Origin: an uncultured Fidelibacterota bacterium
GTDB lineage: Bacteria > Fidelibacterota > UBA8477 > JABMPR01
Direction: 5' to 3'
Assembly (NCBI GenBank): GCA_937888365.1
Contig: CALBFA010000104.1
Span: forward strand, 3,649-67,648
DNA length: 64,000 bases
Part shown: positions 36,992 to 46,693 of the stretch, one piece after another
How the letters are laid out: every line of letters begins with the position of its first letter
Position numbering within the stretch: position 1 is the first letter of the stretch
Notes under the pieces: generated by a model
The model's database searches: none
Told to the model about the DNA's origin: nothing
What the model saw: only the letters and a program-made list of their open reading frames with translations
Position numbers and translations under genes: made by a program

Positions 36992-37863
36992 CAATGGGCT
37001 TTATATTACGTGAAGGCTTAACCGGTTTTAAAAAAGCCCGAATGCCGTTTATGTCAGGTGTTGTGACTATTATGTTGGCGACGCTCATGATCGGAACCGC
37101 AATATTAGCAGGCGACAATGCGCTTATTTTCATCAAAAATTTACAAGCGGAATTTGATATTGAAATATTTTTTCAAGCAAATACTCCGTCGGAAAAGATT
37201 CAAATTACCGCAGAATATATAGCCAATCACAATAGTGTTTCGGCATTTCAATATGTATCTAGTGATGATGCCGCCAATATTTTTAAAGAAGAATTCGGTG
37301 AAGATATTTATATAATATTAGACTATAATCCTTTACCTGCTTCAATTCGTGTGAGTTTCAAAGAAGAGTATCGATATTTACATCATGTAAACCAAATTAT
37401 CGATTCTGTGACAGCATTAGGTTATATTGAGAATATATCATTTAAAAAAGATCTATTCTTAAGACTTCAAAAGACATTGAATTTATTTATGCTCGCCAGT
37501 GGCGGAGTTGTTGTACTCTTGATTTTAGGCGCTGTAATGGTAACAGCCAATATGTCTCGCCTTATCATTTTAGCACGATTTGATTTTATAGAAACCATGC
37601 GTCTAATCGGTGCATCAGATTCTATTATTAAAGCTCCATTTCTTCTTGATGGCTCATTGCAGGGATTTATTGGTGGTTCATTGGCTATTGGTGCAATTTA
37701 TGGATTATTTCAACTTGTCGTCCATAATTTAGGAAGCGAAATTATTTTATCCGATATTATCAATCAACCTATCCTCATGATAGGTCTGATAGCTTTTGCC
37801 GTTATTTTAGGAATACTTGGTAGCTATCGAGCTGCTCGCCGCTTTGTAAAACTCGTTATTTAG
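36988..37863 (+). CDS. ftsX: Cell-division permease FtsX
   Basis: A 4-TM FtsX-like topology with a periplasmic loop, overlapping ftsE. Confidence 0.75.
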   Translation: MTMGFILREGLTGFKKARMPFMSGVVTIMLATLMIGTAILAGDNALIFIKNLQAEFDIEIFFQANTPSEKIQITAEYIANHNSVSAFQYVSSDDAANIFKEEFGEDIYIILDYNPLPASIRVSFKEEYRYLHHVNQIIDSVTALGYIENISFKKDLFLRLQKTLNLFMLASGGVVVLLILGAVMVTANMSRLIILARFDFIETMRLIGASDSIIKAPFLLDGSLQGFIGGSLAIGAIYGLFQLVVHNLGSEIILSDIINQPILMIGLIAFAVILGILGSYRAARRFVKLVI

Positions 37864-38091
37864 ACATCCATATTCAACTATATAAGTTTATTTAAACCTT
37901 GCCACTAGGGTAGGGTAAAATTATTATAATCGCGTATGATAAAAACAAGTAAATACAGTAAATACAATAATATTAATAAGCAAAAGATAACCCGGCTGTC
38001 AATGCGTCAGGTAAATATTTTCTTAATTCAATTCGTAAATTAATTCAATACTCAAAAAGGTATTCAAGCATATCCAGGAGAAACACGCAGA

Positions 38092-38688
38092 ATGTCTGAA
38101 AAAAAAGTCGACAATAAAAATTTAGAAGAAAATGAATCTTCAAAAGATAAATTAAAGTCTAGCTCAAGTAAAAAAAGTAAACAAGAGACAAAAGCAGGAA
38201 AAGCATTTAAAAAGTTAGAAAAAGATTATCATGAACTGCAAGGAAAGTATGAAACCGCCATTTTAGAAACTCAATTCGCAAACGAAAAAATGTTGCGAGT
38301 CGTTGCTGAATATGACAATATGAAAAAGCGTCAGGCAAAAGAGTCAATTCGGGTGTTAGACTATGAAAAAATGAAGATGGCAAAATCCCTCTTACCCGTC
38401 GTTGATAATTTAGAGCGCTCAGCTGCATTTACCGCAAAAGAAGCGAATGTTGAATCTATGTCAAATGGTACAAAACTTGTCTTAGAAATGTTTTTAAAAA
38501 TATTGAAGGATGAATTTGAAGTTGTTGCATTTGAGTCCCTCGATTGTCAATTTAATCCCGAAAAACATGACGCAATGACAATGATAGCTTCGGATAAAAA
38601 AAGTGGCATTATCATTGAAGAATATGAAAAAGGCTACTATTTGGGTGAGGTCGTTCTTCGTCATGCTAAAGTAGCAGTGAGTGAATAA
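38092..38688 (+). CDS. grpE: Nucleotide exchange factor GrpE
   Basis: An N-terminal charged tail and long helix (RVVAEYDNMKKR, LLPVVDNLERA-type) precede a C-terminal beta domain, and dnaJ lies downstream. Confidence 0.8.
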   Translation: MSEKKVDNKNLEENESSKDKLKSSSSKKSKQETKAGKAFKKLEKDYHELQGKYETAILETQFANEKMLRVVAEYDNMKKRQAKESIRVLDYEKMKMAKSLLPVVDNLERSAAFTAKEANVESMSNGTKLVLEMFLKILKDEFEVVAFESLDCQFNPEKHDAMTMIASDKKSGIIIEEYEKGYYLGEVVLRHAKVAVSE

Positions 38689-39825
38689 ATGAGTAAAAGA
38701 GATTATTATGAAATCTTAGGCGTTTTAAAAAATGCAACGAAAGATGAAATAAAAAAAGCCTATAAAAAGGCTGCAATTAAGTTCCATCCCGATAAAAATC
38801 CTGGAGATAAATCAGCCGAGGAAAAATTTAAAGAATCTGCAGAAGCCTATTCGGTACTGAGTGACCAAGATAAGAAGAGTCGTTACGACCAGTTTGGTCA
38901 TGATGGCCTAAGAGGAAGCGGTGGAGGAGGATTCAGCGGTTTCGGTGGTCAAGGGATGTCTATGGACGATATCTTTAGCCAATTCGGAGACTTATTTGGT
39001 GGTGGTGGTTTCGGCGACATTTTTGGTGGCCGAAGCACAAGTCGAAGATCAAGTGGAACGGGAAGCGATTTGAAAATTCGTCTTCCAATGACATTAGAAG
39101 AAATTGCCACCGGCGTAACAAAAACGATTAAAGTAAAACGTCAGGAAATATGTGATACGTGTGGTGGCGTTGGAGCCATGCATAGCTCGGATATTATTAC
39201 ATGTTCAACGTGTCATGGAGCAGGAGAAGTTCAACAAGTTTCGCGATCTATGTTTGGCCAATTTGTAAATGTTCAACCTTGTCCACATTGCAATGGTCGC
39301 GGAAAAACAGTTCGGAATCCATGTAGTACGTGTCATGGAGAAGGCGTCACGAAAAAAGACGCTGCAGTCGAAGCCAATATTCCCGCTGGTGTTTCAAATG
39401 GAAATTATTTGACGATGCGAGGCGAGGGGAATAAAGGGAAAAAAGGATCAGCGGCGGGAAGTCTTATCATTGTAGTTTCTGAAAAAGAACATGAATTATT
39501 TATGCGTTCAGGCAATGATGTTGTAATTGAACTCGATGTACCTATTTATAATGCTGTTTTAGGAGACAAAATTGAAGTACCGACTCTTTATGGCAAAGTG
39601 AAAATGAAAATTCCTCCAGGTACATCATCTGGCAAAATTCTACGATTGAGAGGGAAGGGTATTCCTCACTTAAATAGTCATATGAGTGGTGACCAACTTG
39701 TTTCAATTCGAGTAAATATCCCCAATAATCCTACACACCAAGAGAAAGTGCTTTATGAAGAATTGAAGTCGATAGGCGAAAAGGGCCATCGGGGAAAAAC
39801 TGAATATAGAAAGCCTCAAGTATAA
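38689..39825 (+). CDS. dnaJ: Molecular chaperone DnaJ
   Basis: A J-domain with HPD (KFHPDKNP) and a G/F-rich linker are followed by four CxxCxGxG zinc-finger repeats ([32 protein letters not shown]). Confidence 0.93.
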   Translation: MSKRDYYEILGVLKNATKDEIKKAYKKAAIKFHPDKNPGDKSAEEKFKESAEAYSVLSDQDKKSRYDQFGHDGLRGSGGGGFSGFGGQGMSMDDIFSQFGDLFGGGGFGDIFGGRSTSRRSSGTGSDLKIRLPMTLEEIATGVTKTIKVKRQEICDTCGGVGAMHSSDIITCSTCHGAGEVQQVSRSMFGQFVNVQPCPHCNGRGKTVRNPCSTCHGEGVTKKDAAVEANIPAGVSNGNYLTMRGEGNKGKKGSAAGSLIIVVSEKEHELFMRSGNDVVIELDVPIYNAVLGDKIEVPTLYGKVKMKIPPGTSSGKILRLRGKGIPHLNSHMSGDQLVSIRVNIPNNPTHQEKVLYEELKSIGEKGHRGKTEYRKPQV

Positions 39826-39833
39826 TAATTATT

Positions 39834-40247
39834 ATGATCAGTATGACCAAATCGGAAAAAACAGCACTCCTTTTTTTAACGATAACTTTTATTATTGGTT
39901 TAGCTATTCGACAGTATCAGAACATTCAGGTTAAAAAATCGTTTTCAAAAGAAAATCCTGTCGAAATAATAATCGAATCTTCTAAAATCAATAATATTGA
40001 GAATATAGAATCAGATGATAAATCCGTTGCGAATACTCAAGATAAACAACAGGTTATTAATATAAATACAGCTGATATTTCAGCCTTATCTTCTTTAAAA
40101 GGCATTGGGCCATCTTTGGGAAAAAGAATTATAGAATATCGAAATACTCATGGCGCCTTTGCAAATAAAGAAGATATTATGCTCGTGAAAGGCATTGGCG
40201 AAAAACTATATCAAATAAATACAAATGCTATTACTATACATGACTAA
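39834..40247 (+). CDS. comEA: ComEA-like helix-hairpin-helix DNA-binding protein
   Basis: An N-terminal TM anchor is followed by an HhH motif pair (ININTADISALSSLKGIGPSLGKRIIEYR...KEDIMLVKGIGEKLY). Confidence 0.75.
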   Translation: MISMTKSEKTALLFLTITFIIGLAIRQYQNIQVKKSFSKENPVEIIIESSKINNIENIESDDKSVANTQDKQQVININTADISALSSLKGIGPSLGKRIIEYRNTHGAFANKEDIMLVKGIGEKLYQINTNAITIHD

Positions 40248-40256
40248 GGAGGCCTT

Positions 40257-42470
40257 GTGCAAAGGGACATATTTTCAAATCATACTTACAATACTGCTGT
40301 AATTGTTGTACTCATTATAGCTTTTTTTGCTGTTTTCTTTTTACCTACTTCGATTTGGAATGATGAAGATAGTCTTAGAGACGAATCGCGCTTTAGAATG
40401 AATGCTATTACGCAAGCCGAGCGTTTGAACTATATGTTAACCGAAAATTTTACCTCCGATGTTAACAAGTTATTTGCCACTTTATCACGCGTTAGAGACT
40501 CTGTTGAAAAAGCTGAATCAGATACTAATTACACGTATTTAGGTTTGAAAAAGTTGGGTTTTGAAAACCAAACCATTAATATTAATGTAACAGATGAATT
40601 TCTAAAAATGTACAATGATTATCATTTACGAATTTTTGAAAGAACAAAACCTAGCCACTATTTCAATGATGAGGAAACCAACAGATTTGTAGAATTAGCG
40701 TTTTCGAAGGTAAGCGATACATTTATTGGGAATCAAACCATCGAGTTTGATAGCGCGTCCTATCAAGTAAGTATTCCAGAGAAATTTGAGATATTATATC
40801 AAAATATTAATTTTCAACTATTCAATGTTTTAACAAAATCAGTAACGAAAGATTCCTCCTTTGCAAACTCATTGGTTCGTGCTGTAATTGATACTTTAAG
40901 GAAGAATCCTACACTAAAAGAAACGATATCATTCTCTAATTTATGGACAGCTGCTGTTCCAATTGATTATAGCGTCAGAGCTAATTTCTCAGAAAATTTT
41001 GAAAATTCAAAGGCTCCATTAAAGAAGAATTTTAAAATTAATGCCATCGATTCGATAAATTTTGGTAAAGAGTTGTGGAATATTGCACTCGATACATTTT
41101 TGACATATCAAGATATTCCCGAGGGATTCAATATTATTTTTGTTGACAGTTTAGGCGATTCTTCCAATGTCCCTGTCAAAATTGACTATGAAGGCATGAT
41201 GGCTTCTGTCGATAAAAGACGCAATGTATTGTATCAAAATATTTCGGGTGGATTTAATGAACCCGCTCCAACCATTGCGAAACGAATGATTGCGATGGTT
41301 TTAGACTCACTTGATAATCCTGCGTTCTCAGGCGAAGGCACTATTCAGATGGATTTAACCGACGTTGAATTTTCTATTCGTCTTGATCCAGTCATCATAA
41401 AAAATAAAAATAAATTCTATCTCAATATTTGTACGGACTATTTGCAACCTCGCTTGAGTACCGTTGACAATTATGCTGCAAGTTTTGAGGCCGTAGAGCA
41501 TATTGCGGATTCCCTCATGAAGAAAAATGATTATTATGGGAGTCAAGTTGTTAAAACCGTCGAAGACATATTTCATATTAATATTTATAAATCGTTTTTT
41601 AGAGACTATGATAATATGAATATCGCAGCGATTCAAATGCTTACTCAAAACTATAGCAATAATTTTATGCATAATTATACAGTTCTTCAAAAATTACAGG
41701 ATAGTTTATCCATCGATACAATTGATTTTAATGGGGAGAAAACTATCTATTTGGCAGGTGATACTTTGTCGATACTTGTAAAACCTGACTATGCTGCCGT
41801 ATATGATTCAATGTTTGTTGTCTATCGAGACACAGTGATAAAAATTCAAGACACGACTTTCTTTGGTGTCTGGGATAGAGGAAGCATTACGACGACAACG
41901 ATTCCTGATTCTCTAATGTTACCATTTCTTGTTCAATCCGATTCGGGACAAATCTATAAATATGATTTTGCCGACTCGACTCTCGAAATAGATGTTCCTG
42001 ATTTCGGGGCAGATAAAGTTGAACGGGCATTCTTTAAGGGTGATTTATATCTCGTTGGATTTAATAAAGATAGCCTCGTTTACGATGCTCAAATAATTCT
42101 AAACGATGAATTATTTGTCGAAGATAGCTCTCAGTTGCATGAATATAGTGTGGTGTCGCCTCAGTTCGTTTCGGGCACGCTTACCAAAAAAAGCTTAATG
42201 GCAAAAGACTCTTTTTATGCGTGGATTGATACTTCTGTAGCACCAAAGTTTACGAAAATAACATTGGGTACCTATTATACTCCAACGAACGAATGGCAAT
42301 TTTGCCCCGTTTCAAAACGACCCTTTCGCGTGACAATTCGTAATAATGTAAACTTAACTGTTGAATCGCCGTTGGATCATCCCATCGAAACATCACGGTA
42401 TTTATTCTTTACTCAAATTGATACATTTCATGGACAAATCGTCGATGGTGAAATGAGTTGGGTAAAATAA
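40257..42470 (+). CDS. Hypothetical 737-aa protein with a single N-terminal TM helix and a large extracytoplasmic domain
   Basis: The ORF has one TM helix near residue 12-30 and no motifs I recognise. It is the first gene of a tightly packed trio. Confidence 0.5.
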   Translation: MQRDIFSNHTYNTAVIVVLIIAFFAVFFLPTSIWNDEDSLRDESRFRMNAITQAERLNYMLTENFTSDVNKLFATLSRVRDSVEKAESDTNYTYLGLKKLGFENQTININVTDEFLKMYNDYHLRIFERTKPSHYFNDEETNRFVELAFSKVSDTFIGNQTIEFDSASYQVSIPEKFEILYQNINFQLFNVLTKSVTKDSSFANSLVRAVIDTLRKNPTLKETISFSNLWTAAVPIDYSVRANFSENFENSKAPLKKNFKINAIDSINFGKELWNIALDTFLTYQDIPEGFNIIFVDSLGDSSNVPVKIDYEGMMASVDKRRNVLYQNISGGFNEPAPTIAKRMIAMVLDSLDNPAFSGEGTIQMDLTDVEFSIRLDPVIIKNKNKFYLNICTDYLQPRLSTVDNYAASFEAVEHIADSLMKKNDYYGSQVVKTVEDIFHINIYKSFFRDYDNMNIAAIQMLTQNYSNNFMHNYTVLQKLQDSLSIDTIDFNGEKTIYLAGDTLSILVKPDYAAVYDSMFVVYRDTVIKIQDTTFFGVWDRGSITTTTIPDSLMLPFLVQSDSGQIYKYDFADSTLEIDVPDFGADKVERAFFKGDLYLVGFNKDSLVYDAQIILNDELFVEDSSQLHEYSVVSPQFVSGTLTKKSLMAKDSFYAWIDTSVAPKFTKITLGTYYTPTNEWQFCPVSKRPFRVTIRNNVNLTVESPLDHPIETSRYLFFTQIDTFHGQIVDGEMSWVK

Positions 42471-42484
42471 GATACGCCTGAACG

Positions 42485-43387
42485 ATGCTATCGGTTTTAT
42501 TTACTGAATCAGAATTACGCTTTTCTCAAGTCGTAGATTTTAGAGGCGAACCCTATGTCGAAAGTTTTGGGGTTATTCCGTTTAGTGACATTATTAAAGT
42601 TGATAACGCTAGTATAACACTAACGTGGGCCGAAAGTCTCAAAAACTTACACAAAAAATTAGGATATCCAGAAAAGAAAATAATTGCTGTGTTTCCAGCC
42701 CAGTCATTTTCTTATTGTTTTCAAATGGTCGATGCGGCGTTACCAGAGAATGAGAAAATTAGATTTTTAAATTGGCAAGGCCATGAAATACTGGATTTTA
42801 ACAATGACTCCGACACCTTAGTTCATCAAAAATTATCGCGTGTTGATAGTAGTGAATTATTCATTTCTGTAGCGTTTCCCACAAGCCTAAAGGACAATTT
42901 ATCAACCGCTTGTGAACGAAGTGAATTTCAAATAACGGAGCTTATTTTTGATATTCAAGGTATGGGTCAACTATTACAATATGGTCAATTATTTGATCAT
43001 GAAAATACATATTGCTTGAATATCGACAAACATTCGAATCATTATTTAATAAAATTTCATCAAAATGAACTCGCTGGCGTAATTGATTTAAAACTGCAAA
43101 ATAATGGCGTTTTGCGTCCCTTGTTGTATAGAGGGAATCAAATCAAAGCGGAATCAGAAGTTAAATATTTTAGCGACGTCATTAAGGGTGTGGCCGATTT
43201 TAAAGATAGTTCTGATAGAAGAGTCATCTTTAATGGTAGAAATCCGGATGAAGATAGCTCTCATGCCTACGGCTATGATTTTTCTGGAATATTTAATTTT
43301 AGACATTCAATCGAAGGAAAAAATCTCAATCAATTTGCCTCTACCTTAGGAGCTTTAGTTCCAGGAATATTAGTGCGGTTTGAATGA
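42485..43387 (+). CDS. Hypothetical 300-aa soluble protein (possible PilM/FtsA-like actin-fold N-terminus, speculative)
   Basis: The protein has no TM segment. The N-terminus LSVLFTESELRFSQVVDF...PYVESFGVIPFSDII resembles the first strands of PilM-type proteins only loosely. Confidence 0.45.
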   Translation: MLSVLFTESELRFSQVVDFRGEPYVESFGVIPFSDIIKVDNASITLTWAESLKNLHKKLGYPEKKIIAVFPAQSFSYCFQMVDAALPENEKIRFLNWQGHEILDFNNDSDTLVHQKLSRVDSSELFISVAFPTSLKDNLSTACERSEFQITELIFDIQGMGQLLQYGQLFDHENTYCLNIDKHSNHYLIKFHQNELAGVIDLKLQNNGVLRPLLYRGNQIKAESEVKYFSDVIKGVADFKDSSDRRVIFNGRNPDEDSSHAYGYDFSGIFNFRHSIEGKNLNQFASTLGALVPGILVRFE

Positions 43388-44406
43388 AAATTGATTTTTG
43401 GAATATTAGCTATCGTATTGAACCCGTTCCCTTTGGAAAAAGTTTTAATAAAGGTGATGGCTTTGATGGTGAGGCTTTAGATGAAGACGTAATTCCAACC
43501 TTGTCTAAAGTCATTGAAAGACGAAAAAATAACGCACAAAAGAAACAATTAAAGACCAAAACAAACAAACCAGGTAAGTCGAAAAAGAAACCCGTAATAT
43601 GGCTTATATTGCTTGTATTCATTGCTTCTATTTGGATGAATATTGATAAACTTAAAACTTATTATTTCAGTAAAATCAACAGCTCAAGTCAAAATATCAA
43701 TGTTATAGACAGCTTAATACTTGCTGATAGTTTGTCCAAAGTTATTGGGAATGAAGTTTTAGATGACGATGTCTTCAACCAGCTTATGCCCGTAAGCGAC
43801 TCACTCGATAAGTTGAGCGAGAAAGTGTTAGACACGACTGAAAATGCCATCCAAAAAGATGAAAACATCCTACTTGAGCCGGAAAAAATATATGATTCGA
43901 GACTCAGTTATAATCAATTTAGTTTTATGAGTAAAATACTATGTAACACGGTTGATGCCCAATCCATAGATTTAAACTATCTACAAAATAAACTAGATAT
44001 TTCACTTCAAAATTATAAGAATAGTACAGCAATAGAAAAAATCCTAGCAGCAACATTCGAGAGACAGCCCCATTTAAATATCACGGGCAACAATCTTGAT
44101 ATTGCAGGTGATGCAAAATTTAAATTACATCAAATATCAAATAATAATCAATTATTCACTTTAATTGATGTATTGGATGCTTTCATTTTACCGTACGAAA
44201 ATATGCTTATGAGCATTGATATGCCAATACCTCAGCCAGGCTCAAACCAGATCATTACGCTTGATTTCAATGGGGCGCAAATGGAAATGTGTTCTATGTT
44301 CTATGATTGGTCATTAATCAACGCAGAATTGACCGTAAAATCAATTAAAGCTAGAGGTCATAAAAACGATTTAAAAACGACACTCGTTTTTGAATTCATG
44401 GAATAG
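43384..44406 (+). CDS. Hypothetical 340-aa bitopic membrane protein (lysine-rich cytoplasmic N-terminus, one TM helix, periplasmic C-terminus)
   Basis: An ATGA overlap with the upstream gene suggests translational coupling. The single TM helix is VIWLILLVFIASIWMNI (~residues 70-90). Confidence 0.45.
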   Translation: MKIDFWNISYRIEPVPFGKSFNKGDGFDGEALDEDVIPTLSKVIERRKNNAQKKQLKTKTNKPGKSKKKPVIWLILLVFIASIWMNIDKLKTYYFSKINSSSQNINVIDSLILADSLSKVIGNEVLDDDVFNQLMPVSDSLDKLSEKVLDTTENAIQKDENILLEPEKIYDSRLSYNQFSFMSKILCNTVDAQSIDLNYLQNKLDISLQNYKNSTAIEKILAATFERQPHLNITGNNLDIAGDAKFKLHQISNNNQLFTLIDVLDAFILPYENMLMSIDMPIPQPGSNQIITLDFNGAQMEMCSMFYDWSLINAELTVKSIKARGHKNDLKTTLVFEFME

Positions 44407-44412
44407 GATTTC

Positions 44413-44952
44413 ATGTCGAGTATCGTAGCTGGGAAGTTTAAGGGACATCCTCTACCCAATACAAAATTGGGTCAGGTCCGGCCAACTAGCAACCGTACAA
44501 GAACTATTTTATTTGATACATTAGGGTCCTTACAGGGTGACAATGTTTTAGATTTATTTAGTGGTCTAGGAACGCTTGGATTTGAAGCTATGAGTCGTGG
44601 AGCCGAAAAATTGACCAGCATTGATCAGGATTATAAATACATCAAATTACAAAAAGAATGGATTTCATTACATAAGCTCGACATTGCATTTTCATCTCGA
44701 AAAGGCAATGTAAATCATATTATAAAATCTCTAGACAATAAATATGATACCATATTTGTTGACCCACCTTATCAATTTGAGCCAGACAACGATTTTTGGC
44801 GTAATTTATTTAATCTTGTTTCAGAGAATGGAAGAGTCGTTTATGAAGCCGGAACTGAATCTAAATTGAATATCCCGGATGAAATAATATCATTACTCAT
44901 AAAAGAAAAAACAGCCGGCCAAACGCGTTTGCTATTTTTTGAGAAAGGATAA
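44413..44952 (+). CDS. rsmD: 16S rRNA (guanine966-N2)-methyltransferase RsmD
   Basis: The motifs DLFSGLGTLGFEAMSRGA and FVDPPY are present. The conserved rsmD-coaD pairing supports the call. Confidence 0.8.
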   Translation: MSSIVAGKFKGHPLPNTKLGQVRPTSNRTRTILFDTLGSLQGDNVLDLFSGLGTLGFEAMSRGAEKLTSIDQDYKYIKLQKEWISLHKLDIAFSSRKGNVNHIIKSLDNKYDTIFVDPPYQFEPDNDFWRNLFNLVSENGRVVYEAGTESKLNIPDEIISLLIKEKTAGQTRLLFFEKG

Positions 44953-44954
44953 AT

Positions 44955-45437
44955 ATGAAAAAAGCAATTTATCCAGGTACATTTGACCCGATTACACTTG
45001 GACACATTGACATAATCGAGCGATCGGCTTTGCTATTTGATGAAGTCGTTGTCGCAATCGGAAAAAATGTAGGGAAGAAACCTCTTTTCTCGGAAGAAGA
45101 GCGAATGGACATGATTCAACGTACGACCAAACATATTCCAAATGTAACAGTCGATTCATTCTCGGGTCTTGTCGTGGATTATGCTCGCGATATTCAAGCA
45201 AATGTTATGATTCGTGGATTACGCGCGATGAGTGACTTTGAGTTCGAATTTCAAATGGCTTTAGTCAATCGAACTTTGAATAATAATATGGTGCAAGTAT
45301 TCCTTATGCCTCATGAGGCTTACACGCATCTTAATTCTACGGTCGTTCGAGAGGTGGCCAGTTTTAACGGCGATACAAGTCCATTTGTATCAGCATATGT
45401 TGTAAAAAAATTGAAAGAGAAGTATAAAGATTTATGA
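44955..45437 (+). CDS. coaD: Phosphopantetheine adenylyltransferase
   Basis: The N-terminus AIYPGTFDPITLGHIDII carries the T/HxGH motif, and the length of 160 aa fits CoaD. Confidence 0.9.
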   Translation: MKKAIYPGTFDPITLGHIDIIERSALLFDEVVVAIGKNVGKKPLFSEEERMDMIQRTTKHIPNVTVDSFSGLVVDYARDIQANVMIRGLRAMSDFEFEFQMALVNRTLNNNMVQVFLMPHEAYTHLNSTVVREVASFNGDTSPFVSAYVVKKLKEKYKDL

Positions 45438-46417
45438 GTTTTTTAAATTCAATTCACGAAAAAGCAAAACGTGCGAACAAAGTAGTCATACTTCCTGAAG
45501 GCGAAGATCCACGAATCATTAAAGCCGCCCGTGTTTTAATGGATGAGGGTATTTGCGCTGTTACTATTTTAGGGAAAAAGAATACAATATTATTGAGCGC
45601 CAGTGATGCAGGCATCAATACAAACGGCATCGAGATTATCGACCCGAGTAATGATTTACAATTAAATCGTTACGCCGATGATTATTACGAAAATAGAAAA
45701 CACAAGGGTGTTAAGCCATCCGAAGCACTTACAACACTTCGCGACAATGTTTTTTTTGCAGCTGCAATGCTTAAAGACAATAGAGCCGACGTATGTATAG
45801 CAGGTGCGACACACGCGACGTCTCATGTCATGCGAGCCGCTATTCAGATACTGGGTCTGAAGGAAGGTTTTCGAACTGTCTCAAGCTCCTTTATAATGAT
45901 GAGCCCCGATGAAGAACACATTTATTCTTTTGGTGACTGCGCCGTGATACCGAAACCAACAGTAGAACAATTAGCAGATATTGCCATTAGTTCGGCTGAT
46001 ACGTTTAGTAAACTCACAGGTAAAGTCGCCCAAGTTGCATTTTTGAGTTTTTCTACGAAAGGAAGCGCACTACATCCTGACGTTGATTTTGTTAAAAAAG
46101 CGATGAATATTGCTATTGAAAAAGCACCTAACTTGAACATTGACGGCGAATTGCAATTAGATGCTGCTATTGTGCCTTCTGTGGGCATTAAAAAGGCGAA
46201 GGGTAGCATGGTTGCGGGTAAAGCGAATGTTCTTGTATTTCCTGATTTAAATGCGGGAAATATCGGTTACAAGTTAACACAGCGATTAGGTGGCTTTGAA
46301 GCAATTGGCCCCATTATTCAAGGTCTGTCAAAGCCCATGCATGATTTAAGCCGTGGATGCTCTTGGGAAGATATTGTGAATTTATCATGCATTGCCATTA
46401 TTCAAGCTGGTCGTTAA
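45434..46417 (+). CDS. pta: Phosphate acetyltransferase (short-form PTA_PTB family)
   Basis: The protein matches PTA_PTB phosphotransacetylase features over its full length (~327 aa). No ackA gene lies adjacent. Confidence 0.8.
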   Translation: MSFLNSIHEKAKRANKVVILPEGEDPRIIKAARVLMDEGICAVTILGKKNTILLSASDAGINTNGIEIIDPSNDLQLNRYADDYYENRKHKGVKPSEALTTLRDNVFFAAAMLKDNRADVCIAGATHATSHVMRAAIQILGLKEGFRTVSSSFIMMSPDEEHIYSFGDCAVIPKPTVEQLADIAISSADTFSKLTGKVAQVAFLSFSTKGSALHPDVDFVKKAMNIAIEKAPNLNIDGELQLDAAIVPSVGIKKAKGSMVAGKANVLVFPDLNAGNIGYKLTQRLGGFEAIGPIIQGLSKPMHDLSRGCSWEDIVNLSCIAIIQAGR

Positions 46418-46419
46418 GT

Positions 46420-46680
46420 ATGCCGACGTATGATTACAAATGTGATAGCTGTGGAGAAATTGAAGTCTTTCAACGCATGTCGGACAGTAAATTAACACAA
46501 TGTCCAAACTGTGGAGGAAATATTTCAAAATTAGTGAGCCGTGGAGGTGGGATTATTTTTAAGGGTTCCGGCTTTTACGAGACGGATTATAAAAAGAAGA
46601 ATAAATCGACGGTAACTAAATCAGAATCATCACCAAAAGCACCCAGTAAACACTCTGAAAAACAATTAGATAAAAAATAG
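46420..46680 (+). CDS. FmdB-family zinc-ribbon protein
   Basis: The sequence [22 protein letters not shown]...CPNCGG carries the FmdB CxxC...CxxC signature. The ATG lies 2 nt after the pta stop. Confidence 0.75.
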   Translation: MPTYDYKCDSCGEIEVFQRMSDSKLTQCPNCGGNISKLVSRGGGIIFKGSGFYETDYKKKNKSTVTKSESSPKAPSKHSEKQLDKK

Positions 46681-46693
46681 ATTAGGAAAAATT

